From Pseudobdellovibrionaceae bacterium (GTDB taxonomy: Bacteria > Bdellovibrionota > Bdellovibrionia > Bdellovibrionales > Bdellovibrionaceae): a stretch of 15,152 nucleotides of DNA. Under the pieces are notes generated by a model. The model was not told where the DNA came from. It saw only the letters and a program-made list of their open reading frames with translations, and ran no database searches. Of the stretch, positions 7,170-15,006 are shown piece after piece. The stretch lies in NCBI GenBank assembly GCA_039810425.1, contig JBDHWW010000064.1:1-15152 (forward strand), in the 5' to 3' direction. How positions within the stretch are numbered: the first letter of the stretch is position 1; every line of letters begins with the position of its first letter. The position numbers and the translations under genes were made by a program.

Positions 7170-8708
7170 ATGGATGCAAAAGTGGTCTTTCTGGTTTTAA
7201 CGTTTTCAATTTCTGTTTTAGGGATGCTGGCATTTGTCGTTGCCCTAATCCAAAAACAAGTGCTCGTTCCACCTTCAGCAGCGAAATCGATTTTTTTAGC
7301 CAATGAGTTTGGTCACTCTGAACTTGATTCCACCAGCCAACTGAGCGATCAGTGGAGGACCTTAGACCAATCTGCAAGAAAGCCGATCCTGTTTTTTATT
7401 GTAACTGCCACCTTGTGGCTAGTCCTAGGGTCCCTCTTTGGGCTCTTGGTCTCTATTAAATTTCACGCGCCGGAGTTCTTAGGAACAGAAGCGCTTTTAA
7501 CCTTTGGAAAGCTAAGGCCTCTTCACTTAAATATTATCACTTACGGATGGCTTTCTCCTGCAGCCCTTGCGGTCTCCATGTGGCTGGTTCCTCGTTTAAC
7601 AAAGGTTCCTTTGCAAAGTATTAAGACTCTTTACGCCGCAGGAATAATCTGGAATGTCGGCGTACTTCTTGGATGTATCGGGATCTTGTTCGGATATACG
7701 GATGGACTTGAATGGCTGGAGTTCTGGTGGCCAACTAAAATCTTGCTGGCAATAGCGGGCGCTATGATCGCTATCCCACTTTTTAAAACGATCTATCTAA
7801 GCAAAGAAAAGCATCTCTATGTGACCATGTGGTACACGATCTGCGCACTTATTTGGTTTCCGGCTCTATTCATTATTGCAAACGCACACTTTCTACACTC
7901 TGGCGTTGAGCAGGCCATCGCAAACTGGTGGTTCGCCCACAATGTTCTTGGTCTTTGGGTAACTCCGTTAGGGCTTGGGATTATTTATTACCTACTTCCA
8001 AAAATAACGGGTCATCCTATTTTTTCTTATCAACTTTCTTTATTTGGCTTTTGGGGTTTGGCTCTTTTCTACTCTCAGGTGGGCATGCACCACTTGCTCG
8101 GCGGCCCTATCCCAACTTGGATTGGAAACTTGTCGGTCGTAATGAGTGTCGGCATGGCAATTCCTGTTGTCACTGTTGCCATCAACCATCACGTTTCAAC
8201 TTATAAATACTTTCATGTGCTAAAAGATTCTGTTGTATTAAGATTTATTGTCTTTGGGGCGATGTCTTACACCGTGAGTTCCCTGCAAGGCTCACTTCAC
8301 TCGCTAAGAACTTTCAACTACATCACCCATTTTACTCATTGGACAGTCTCACATGCCCACCTGGGGCTTTATGGCTTCAACACGATGGTTCTTTTTGGCG
8401 GGATTTATTTCGCGCTGCCAAGACTTGTTGGCAGAAACTTTAAGCACCCACAGCTACTAAATCTCCATTTCTGGGTAGCCGCGATTGGCATCATCATCTA
8501 TGCCATCGCACTTGGCATTGGCGGATGGCTTCAAGGTGTAGAACTCAGAAACGTGCAAGGAAGTTTTGAACAGTCAGTAAGACTCACAATGCCCTACCTC
8601 ATCATCCGCAGCGTGGGAGGGACTCTTATGTTATTTTCGCATCTACTTATGCTTTACAATGTCTTTAGCATCCTGCGCCCCATGAAAGTGGAGGCCATCC
8701 ATGAATAA
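7170..8708 (+). CDS. ccoN: cbb3-type (C-family) heme-copper oxidase subunit I with an extra N-terminal CcoS-like helix
   Basis: All six His ligands are present: RPLHLN, WWFAHNVLG, GMHHLL and VSHAHLG. The helix VII Tyr is at the cbb3 position (YSQVGMHH). GGAG RBS at 7159-7162 favours ATG7170 over 7107. Confidence 0.93.
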   Translation: MDAKVVFLVLTFSISVLGMLAFVVALIQKQVLVPPSAAKSIFLANEFGHSELDSTSQLSDQWRTLDQSARKPILFFIVTATLWLVLGSLFGLLVSIKFHAPEFLGTEALLTFGKLRPLHLNIITYGWLSPAALAVSMWLVPRLTKVPLQSIKTLYAAGIIWNVGVLLGCIGILFGYTDGLEWLEFWWPTKILLAIAGAMIAIPLFKTIYLSKEKHLYVTMWYTICALIWFPALFIIANAHFLHSGVEQAIANWWFAHNVLGLWVTPLGLGIIYYLLPKITGHPIFSYQLSLFGFWGLALFYSQVGMHHLLGGPIPTWIGNLSVVMSVGMAIPVVTVAINHHVSTYKYFHVLKDSVVLRFIVFGAMSYTVSSLQGSLHSLRTFNYITHFTHWTVSHAHLGLYGFNTMVLFGGIYFALPRLVGRNFKHPQLLNLHFWVAAIGIIIYAIALGIGGWLQGVELRNVQGSFEQSVRLTMPYLIIRSVGGTLMLFSHLLMLYNVFSILRPMKVEAIHE

Positions 8709-9294
8709 AGCCTATATTTTTGTTTTTGGTGGGATTAGCACGATCACACTTTCGATCTTTATTTTTATACTCGTCCCACGCATACAAGTGTCTGCCATCA
8801 ACAAAGGCTCCATGAGTGCTCAGCGCCCTTACACAGAGAACGAACTCAAAGGACGCCACGTCTATATTGAAAATGGCTGTGTTTACTGCCACTCCCAACA
8901 AGTACGTGATCCCGTTGCTGGGGCCGATAAATACTTTGGCTGGGGCCGCCCAAGCCTTCCGTCGGATTACATCTATGATAAACCTCATTTGCTTGGCACA
9001 ATGAGAACAGGTCCTGACCTCTCAAATATTGGATCAAGACAGCCCAGCCGCGACTGGCACCATTTGCACCTCTACAACCCAAGAAGTCTCGTGAGTTGGA
9101 GTATTATGCCGGGGTTTTCATTTCTTTACAAAGAGGTCACCTCCGTGGATTCACCACAAACGGGAGCCATTCGCGTTCCGGGCAAAAACGAACTTTGGTT
9201 AGTCCCCAGCGAAGAGGCCGAAGATTTAGTTGCATATTTAATGAGTTTGAAACGTGATCGCGACCCTGTGAAAGCATCGGAGGCAGTAAAATGA
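8701..9294 (+). CDS. ccoO: cbb3-type oxidase subunit II (monoheme)
   Basis: N-terminal TM helix, GRHVYIENGCVYCHSQQVR, GTMRTGPDL and SIMP. Overlaps the ccoN stop. Confidence 0.93.
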   Translation: MNKAYIFVFGGISTITLSIFIFILVPRIQVSAINKGSMSAQRPYTENELKGRHVYIENGCVYCHSQQVRDPVAGADKYFGWGRPSLPSDYIYDKPHLLGTMRTGPDLSNIGSRQPSRDWHHLHLYNPRSLVSWSIMPGFSFLYKEVTSVDSPQTGAIRVPGKNELWLVPSEEAEDLVAYLMSLKRDRDPVKASEAVK

Positions 9295-9911
9295 GTTTTA
9301 AAGAAGACCGTCTCGAAAACGAAAAAAATGATCCGATGGAGTCCTCTTCGCTCAAGTTCATCAATATTCCCATTACGCTGATTGCGCTCTTCATTGGGTT
9401 TGGGGCGACATATCTCGCTCTCAGAACCGATAGCACGTCCATGAACCAAGGTGACAGCCGAACCAAGTCGCCAGGGGCCGCAAACAACGCAACACCAGCC
9501 ACTCAAGAAAACTCTCTTGCGGCCCTCATGGAAAAAGGAAAACAGGTTTACACCACAACCTGCCAAGCTTGCCATCAGGCGACTGGAGTCGGAATTCCAG
9601 GGGCTTTTCCACCGCTGGCTGGATCGGATTGGATCAAAGGCCCCGGAAAAAGAGTTGCAGCCATTATACTTCACGGCATCCAAGGTGAAATCACGGTCAA
9701 CGGACAAAAATACCAAGGTGCTATGCCGACATTCCAAGATCAGCTAAAACCCGAAGACATCGCAGCCGTTGCAACTTATGTTCGGAACTCTTTCGGAAAC
9801 AATGCTGATCTAGTCACAGTCGAAATGGTCAACCAAGTTAAAGAAGACACGAAATCCAAGACAACACCTTGGGATGGCGAAAAAGAGCTGAATGCGCAAA
9901 AGTGGGAATAA
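9291..9911 (+). CDS. Membrane-anchored monoheme class I cytochrome c
   Basis: One TM helix, a low-complexity linker, a single CQACH, GAFPPLAGS, distal Met in GAMP and YVRNSFGN. ATGA overlap with ccoO. Confidence 0.9.
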   Translation: MSFKEDRLENEKNDPMESSSLKFINIPITLIALFIGFGATYLALRTDSTSMNQGDSRTKSPGAANNATPATQENSLAALMEKGKQVYTTTCQACHQATGVGIPGAFPPLAGSDWIKGPGKRVAAIILHGIQGEITVNGQKYQGAMPTFQDQLKPEDIAAVATYVRNSFGNNADLVTVEMVNQVKEDTKSKTTPWDGEKELNAQKWE

Positions 9912-9913
9912 GC

Positions 9914-10375
9914 ATGAGTCAAGAATACATACCAAAAGAAAACAAAATCAATGTGAATGGCGTAGAATTTTCTCATCAGGACTTTTTCAATGTTGTTGAT
10001 GATTTCTATACACGTATTCAAAACGACCCGATCCTTCAAGTGCCTTTCAAATCTGTTGCCGATTGGCCAGAGCACATTCAAAAGCTCACACATTTTTGGT
10101 GGGTTAAATTCGGCGGCACTCCTTATTTGTTCAACTACTATAATCCCGTTGAAAAGCATTTTTTCGCGGGATTTAACGACGAGCTTTTAGAAAGATGGCT
10201 TAGGATCTTTCGCGAGACACTTAACACTCACTTGACGCAAGATCAGGCCGCCCTTTGGACATTGGTTTCCGAAAGAATGGGGCATGCTTTGTCGCTGAAG
10301 AACGACCTGTACAGGGTTGACTATGAACAACGAAACTCTGGAGCAAATGCTGGAAAACCTAATGGCACAAAATAG
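9914..10375 (+). CDS. Group III truncated hemoglobin (2/2 globin)
   Basis: VDDFYTRIQNDP (TyrB10), DWPEHIQKLTHFW (HisE7), PVEKH (HisF8) and ERWLRIF (TrpG8). ATG9914 lies 2 nt after the upstream stop. Confidence 0.88.
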   Translation: MSQEYIPKENKINVNGVEFSHQDFFNVVDDFYTRIQNDPILQVPFKSVADWPEHIQKLTHFWWVKFGGTPYLFNYYNPVEKHFFAGFNDELLERWLRIFRETLNTHLTQDQAALWTLVSERMGHALSLKNDLYRVDYEQRNSGANAGKPNGTK

Positions 10376-10411
10376 TGATTCTATCTTCTGCTAGCCGTCT
10401 TTCTAGAAGCC

Positions 10412-11053
10412 TTAACTTTCCTTGTTTCTAATACAGAATCGGCACACAGCTCCCCCTCGGGCAATACAGCTCTCTAACCGCACACTTTTTCCTCCGGTCG
10501 CCTCTTCAATAAATTTAATATCAAATGTGCACAGAGAAGGGTGCTCTTTCGCAACCGAGTGATAAACACAGTTTGTCGCCTCTAGAACAGCTCCCTTTCT
10601 CATGTCCGATTGCTTTAAGGTGGTTCGGTATCCCAGTTCATTCAAAGTTTCGGTAACCATTTCCAATAGTTCTGCGGTCGATTTTGCTTTAGCAAATTTA
10701 TCCTCCATTGACCGAGCAACTGATTTTGCAAGCTTGCCCATCATTTCTCGGATGGCGTCCTCTCCAAGATCCTTTGCTAAAAAGGCAAGAAGTGTATTTG
10801 AAAGCCAAGAATACTTTCTTGGAAAAATCTCGTGCCCCTCGTTTGTTAAGAGGTAATGACGACTCGGGCGTCCCACTGATCCCCTCACATCTTTAAAGAC
10901 TATATAGCCAGCAGATTCAAGTTTGAGGACGTGTTCTTTGGTCGCAGTTTTTGTAATCCCTAAATGAGTCGACAACCCGTCTAATGACACTCCATCCGAA
11001 TGATCTAACAAATACTCTAATATTTTCTGCTGATTCTCATGCAGGCCACGCAT
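10412..11053 (-). CDS. ArsR/SufR-like winged-HTH regulator with Cys-containing C-terminal sensor domain
   Basis: HTH LGITKTATKEHVLKLE, GSVGRPSRHYLLT, FPRKYSWL and NCVYH...LCTFD...SCIARGGAVCRF. AAGGAG RBS. Confidence 0.85.
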   Translation of the reverse strand: MRGLHENQQKILEYLLDHSDGVSLDGLSTHLGITKTATKEHVLKLESAGYIVFKDVRGSVGRPSRHYLLTNEGHEIFPRKYSWLSNTLLAFLAKDLGEDAIREMMGKLAKSVARSMEDKFAKAKSTAELLEMVTETLNELGYRTTLKQSDMRKGAVLEATNCVYHSVAKEHPSLCTFDIKFIEEATGGKSVRLESCIARGGAVCRFCIRNKES

Positions 11054-11160
11054 TTTTTACTCCTTAAACCCTTTTAAACAATATAAACAGTCTTTTCTAT
11101 TTTAATTAAAATGGTCATTATAGATCAAGAAGAAAACACCTTTTCATAATAGGAGACCTC

Positions 11161-11676
11161 ATGGAAAACGTTTTAAAATCAAACACGTCACTAATCTCAA
11201 CAACAAATAAAAGCTTTGTCGGCGGCATCATTACAGGACAAATTGCCGGTCTTATAATGGCCGTCGTGGTAATGATTGTCTTCACCCTTCTCGGTAAAGG
11301 TCCGCTTTATCCGGTCCAAGTCATTGGGTCCGCAGTCTTTGGAGAGTCTGCACTTCAAGGTCTCAACATCAACGCCATATTTGCGGGCTTAGTTCTTCAC
11401 CAAGCAGGACCTTCTTTACTTTGGGGATTCGTTTTTGGTCTGATCGCTAAAAATACGAATATCGACAGCACAAAAAAATCCCTGAGCATTGGTCTTACAA
11501 TCGGAGTGATTTCAATGGTCGGTCCTTATTTTTTGATTCCAGCAATTATGAACATGCTTCACGGAGTTGATATATGGAATCGTGAAGTACCGATGTTTTG
11601 GGATTGGGCTGCGCATATTGTCTTCGGTGCTTCATTCGCCCTTTATCCTGTCGTTATGAAAAAACTCGACAAATAA
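11161..11676 (+). CDS. Hypothetical 4-TM membrane protein with intramembrane His residues
   Basis: AGGAG RBS at 11151-11155 and four hydrophobic segments containing LVLHQAG and WAAHIVFG. Confidence 0.8.
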   Translation: MENVLKSNTSLISTTNKSFVGGIITGQIAGLIMAVVVMIVFTLLGKGPLYPVQVIGSAVFGESALQGLNINAIFAGLVLHQAGPSLLWGFVFGLIAKNTNIDSTKKSLSIGLTIGVISMVGPYFLIPAIMNMLHGVDIWNREVPMFWDWAAHIVFGASFALYPVVMKKLDK

Positions 11677-11692
11677 TTTTCAAAAAAAAAGA

Positions 11693-12307
11693 ATGCTTAT
11701 GAAAGTTATGCAAAATACAACCATATCTATCTCTAACGAAACAACAAGTCTAGAGTCTCTTAAGTTATTAACAACGGATCTTCTTCATCACATTGGGGAA
11801 GATCCGTCCCGCTCCGGACTAATTGACACTCCCAAACGTTTTAGCAAAGCCATAAAATTTTTGACTTCAGGTTCCGAAGTCAATATTGACCAACTAATTG
11901 GTGAAGCACTTTTCGAAGAACCTTCTGGCGAATTGGTTTTTGTTCGTGATATTGAATTCTATTCCTTATGCGAACATCATATGCTTCCATTTTTTGGCAA
12001 GGCACATGTCGCATACATTCCCAATGGAAAAGTAATCGGTCTTTCAAAAATCCCGCGAGTTGTTGATGCGTTTGCCCGCCGTTTACAAGTTCAGGAGCGG
12101 CTCACACATGAAATCGCAAAAGAAATAGAGCGTATTCTAAAACCCAAGGGCGTTGCTGTAATAACTGAAGCCTCACATCTTTGCATGATGATGAGAGGAG
12201 TTGAAAAGCAGAACAGCACCACGCTAACACAAACGACTTTAGGTGAATTTGCGACCAGTTCGCAACTACGAAGCGAATTAATGACCTTAATCCGTGCGAG
12301 ATATTAA
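11693..12307 (+). CDS. folE: GTP cyclohydrolase I (FolE, type IA)
   Basis: [45 protein letters not shown] and HLCMMMRGV. The start could instead be 11699 or 11708. Confidence 0.96.
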   Translation: MLMKVMQNTTISISNETTSLESLKLLTTDLLHHIGEDPSRSGLIDTPKRFSKAIKFLTSGSEVNIDQLIGEALFEEPSGELVFVRDIEFYSLCEHHMLPFFGKAHVAYIPNGKVIGLSKIPRVVDAFARRLQVQERLTHEIAKEIERILKPKGVAVITEASHLCMMMRGVEKQNSTTLTQTTLGEFATSSQLRSELMTLIRARY

Positions 12308-12355
12308 GCATTCTAAATAAACACTGCTAAAAGCAGATAACCACAAGGAGAACAC

Positions 12356-12991
12356 ATGAAAAAATTTTTAATTTCAACAATGCTCACCGCGACATTCCTG
12401 TTCGGATCAACAGGGTTTGCTCACAAAGCAGAACCAGTAAAAAATCGCACTCCAAGCATGAGTGCACTCTACTCTGCGATGCAAAATCTATGGGCCCAAC
12501 ACATGGAATGGACTTACGCGGCTGTGGTTGCATTGGTGACCGACCCCAAGGCTGTTGATGCCACCGCTGCTCGTCTTTTGAAAAATCAAGAGGACATTGG
12601 AAATGCTATTAAGCCTTATTACGGCGATGCTGCCGGTGACGCACTAACAAAACTTCTGAAAGAACATATCGCTGGCGCTGTGGATGTTGTTAAATATGCG
12701 AAGGCCAATGATAAATCCGCTTTAGATAAAGCCATCGCGGCCGCTTACGCAAACGCACAAGAGATCGCTGACTTCCTAGCTAAAGCCAATCCAAATTGGA
12801 AGCAAGAAGACACGCGCACAATGTTGAAGGGACATATCGATACAACCCTAGTTTATGCGACATCTCTTATTAAAGGTAATTTCGCAGAAGCGATTGTTGA
12901 ATACGACAAAGCAAGAGATCATATGCTTCATATGGCTGATACTTTAAGCGACGGATTAGTTGCACAGTTCCCTAAAAAATTCAAAAAATAA
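12356..12991 (+). CDS. Secreted all-helical protein with repeated His/Met motifs, function unknown
   Basis: AAGGAG RBS and a Sec signal peptide [22 protein letters not shown]. Motifs [20 protein letters not shown] and RDHMLHMAD. Confidence 0.85.
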   Translation: MKKFLISTMLTATFLFGSTGFAHKAEPVKNRTPSMSALYSAMQNLWAQHMEWTYAAVVALVTDPKAVDATAARLLKNQEDIGNAIKPYYGDAAGDALTKLLKEHIAGAVDVVKYAKANDKSALDKAIAAAYANAQEIADFLAKANPNWKQEDTRTMLKGHIDTTLVYATSLIKGNFAEAIVEYDKARDHMLHMADTLSDGLVAQFPKKFKK

Positions 12992-13001
12992 ATACCACAG
13001 C

Positions 13002-13040
13002 GTTCTGACGAGTTTTTGAACCTACAAAGCTCGTCAGAAC
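13002..13040. terminator. Strong hairpin between convergent genes, probable bidirectional terminator
   Basis: Perfect 11-bp inverted repeat GTTCTGACGAG (13002-13012) / CTCGTCAGAAC (13030-13040), extendable inward. There is no classical U-tract. Confidence 0.65.
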
Positions 13041-13059
13041 ATCGCAAATATTCGCCTCT

Positions 13060-14436
13060 TCAAGAAGGCGCTTTAGCTGTGCTATTAATCTTTGAAGCTA
13101 GGTCAAAAATGACATCCACGCTTCCTGAGACCGCTCCTACGTTCAAGACAATTACTTGAGAATTTGCTTTCAAGGACTCAGTTTCGTGCAAAATAGAAGT
13201 TGTGGCACTTCGTAGCAGTTGTATAAACCGATCCATTTGCTCGAGGTAGTGCTGGAACGCTTGCTTAACTTCGCTGACTCGCGCCGACTCCACAGCCCCA
13301 ATTTGTTTGATGACTTCAAGACCAGTAATGAATTTCGAAACATCACGCATGCCTGTTTCGATTTCAGCCAAGTAAGTTGAAAGCTCAGATACTTCTTTTT
13401 TCAAATTCATCGAGTAATCTTTAAAAAGATGCGAGAAGTCTTTCTGATTTTCTGCCATCTCAGCAAAAGCAGTATCTACCTTTTGCATTTTTAGGATCGA
13501 CTCTTTTACAAAGAAATCCACCATCAGCATTTGCGAGTTCAACGCTGAAGCTCGAAAAGAGCACTGCTGAATAACCTTGGCGAGATTTTGTACGAAACCA
13601 GTAAGCCCGCTTAGGTTTTTTTCAATCTCTCCAGAAAGAGATGAAAACTCCTTAGAGACAACCCCTAAACTTGCAGCCACATTTCCAAATTTTGCGGCCG
13701 CTATCGTCATATTAACCGAAATAAACTTCAGATTGAGGAACTCTTTATCCAAATTATCAATGGTTGTTACCAAAACATCATTCGATTTTTGAAAACCACT
13801 GACTTTTTCAAATATATCATTGAGGCGGGACAACGTCGAATTTGTCGTTTCAGCGATCTGTCTAAACTGACCAGAGTCCTGGCCTAATTTTTCTTGAGAC
13901 TGAGACTTGTTTACCTGAAGTGCTCTCGAATTAAGTTCCGCCAGGGTGGCCTTGACCATGAATTCTTCATAATCCTTAAATCCTTGTTGCTTGATCTTTT
14001 CTAAAAGCAGATTTTCGGAAGCATCTAGATCATCGTTCCCCTGCTCAAACACTCGGAGTTCTTCATAAATCTTTTGAACTTCTTGAAATATTACTGAAGA
14101 CGGCTTAAACCGAATTGATAGATACCCATCTTCAATTGGAAACGCGAATGCAAAGACCCAGTAGTAGCTACCGTTTCCCGCTAGATTTTTAACATAGGCA
14201 CCAATTGCTTTATCAGATTTTAGCGTATCCCAAAAAATCTTGAATACAGAACGAGGCATATCCGGATGTCGAATAATACTATGGGGTGCCCCTATCATTT
14301 GCTCCTTGGGATAAACACTCACCCTAGCGAATACGTCATTACCAAATCGGATCACGCCGCGTTTATTTGTTGTCGAAAAAAAGAACTCATGAAATCCAAA
14401 CGGGCTTTCATTCTGATTCGGAATGGGTTTTTTCAT
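13060..14436 (-). CDS. Soluble Aer-type PAS domain protein with degenerate chemoreceptor-like coiled coil
   Basis: FFSTTNKRGVI, GAPHSIIRHPDMPRSVF and YVKNLAGNGSYYWV match the Aer FAD-PAS domain. There is no TM segment, and the C-terminus is long and helical. Confidence 0.85.
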   Translation of the reverse strand: MKKPIPNQNESPFGFHEFFFSTTNKRGVIRFGNDVFARVSVYPKEQMIGAPHSIIRHPDMPRSVFKIFWDTLKSDKAIGAYVKNLAGNGSYYWVFAFAFPIEDGYLSIRFKPSSVIFQEVQKIYEELRVFEQGNDDLDASENLLLEKIKQQGFKDYEEFMVKATLAELNSRALQVNKSQSQEKLGQDSGQFRQIAETTNSTLSRLNDIFEKVSGFQKSNDVLVTTIDNLDKEFLNLKFISVNMTIAAAKFGNVAASLGVVSKEFSSLSGEIEKNLSGLTGFVQNLAKVIQQCSFRASALNSQMLMVDFFVKESILKMQKVDTAFAEMAENQKDFSHLFKDYSMNLKKEVSELSTYLAEIETGMRDVSKFITGLEVIKQIGAVESARVSEVKQAFQHYLEQMDRFIQLLRSATTSILHETESLKANSQVIVLNVGAVSGSVDVIFDLASKINSTAKAPS

Positions 14437-14469
14437 ATCTCATTAACTCTTTCGGATAAAAACCTTTAT

Positions 14470-15006
14470 CTAAAAACCATCGGTAGTCCCTAGCTTACGA
14501 TGAGTTTCTTGGTCATCGTCAAAGGGGATCATTTCTTCACCTTTTACAGGAGGTTTCGTTACTTTTTTCAGTTTGATAACATTTCTTTCCATAACATGGC
14601 CATTGCTCTGAACTTGTACTTCAACACGTCCATCACCAGATACTAACCCGTTAAGGGACGCCACATTTTTCAAAAGTACAGAAGATTGCGCAGAAAGTTC
14701 TTCTGCAGTCGCTGCCGCTTCCTCAGATGCCGCCGCATTTCCTTGGGTGACACCGTCGAGCTGATTCATTGCTCGACTAATTTGCAAAATTCCACTGGAT
14801 TGTTCTTCGCTGGCAGTTGCGATTTCACCGTTAAGATCTGATACTTTTTTAACTGAGTTTACGATTTCAGCCAACACCTCGCCGCTGCGATTTGCTTGCT
14901 CCGCGCTATTGCCGATTCGCGTAACACTCAAGTCGATCAATGTTGCGATATTTTTTGCAGACTCAGCACTTCTCTGCGCAAGATTTCTTACGGCTTCTGC
15001 AACAAC
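14470..15006 (-). pseudogene. 3' fragment of a methyl-accepting chemotaxis protein gene, interrupted by an insertion
   Basis: VVAEAVRNLAQRSAESAK, EIATASEEQSSGI and NAAASEEAAATAEELSAQ. The expected upstream AARAGExGxGFA is replaced by unrelated sequence beyond 15006. Confidence 0.88.

Noticed and set aside
7170..8708. Interpretation as a nitric oxide reductase NorB
   Set aside because: It keeps the cbb3 helix VII Tyr, lacks the NorB HLWVEG glutamate motif, and is paired with CcoO and a Cu-ATPase.
9229..9246. GTTGCATATT identical to the left half of the operator, inside ccoO
   Set aside because: Explained by coding for the conserved VAYL segment, and the right half does not match.
11682..11690. 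A9 homopolymer before folE as a phase-variation tract
   Set aside because: Intergenic, in AT-rich context, with no evidence of length variation.
1658..14493. Numerous short antisense or out-of-frame ORFs in the track (e.g. 1658-1978, 5123-5428, 9126-9737, 9776-10159, 13577-13792)
   Set aside because: Shadow ORFs overlapping well-supported genes, with no motifs of their own.
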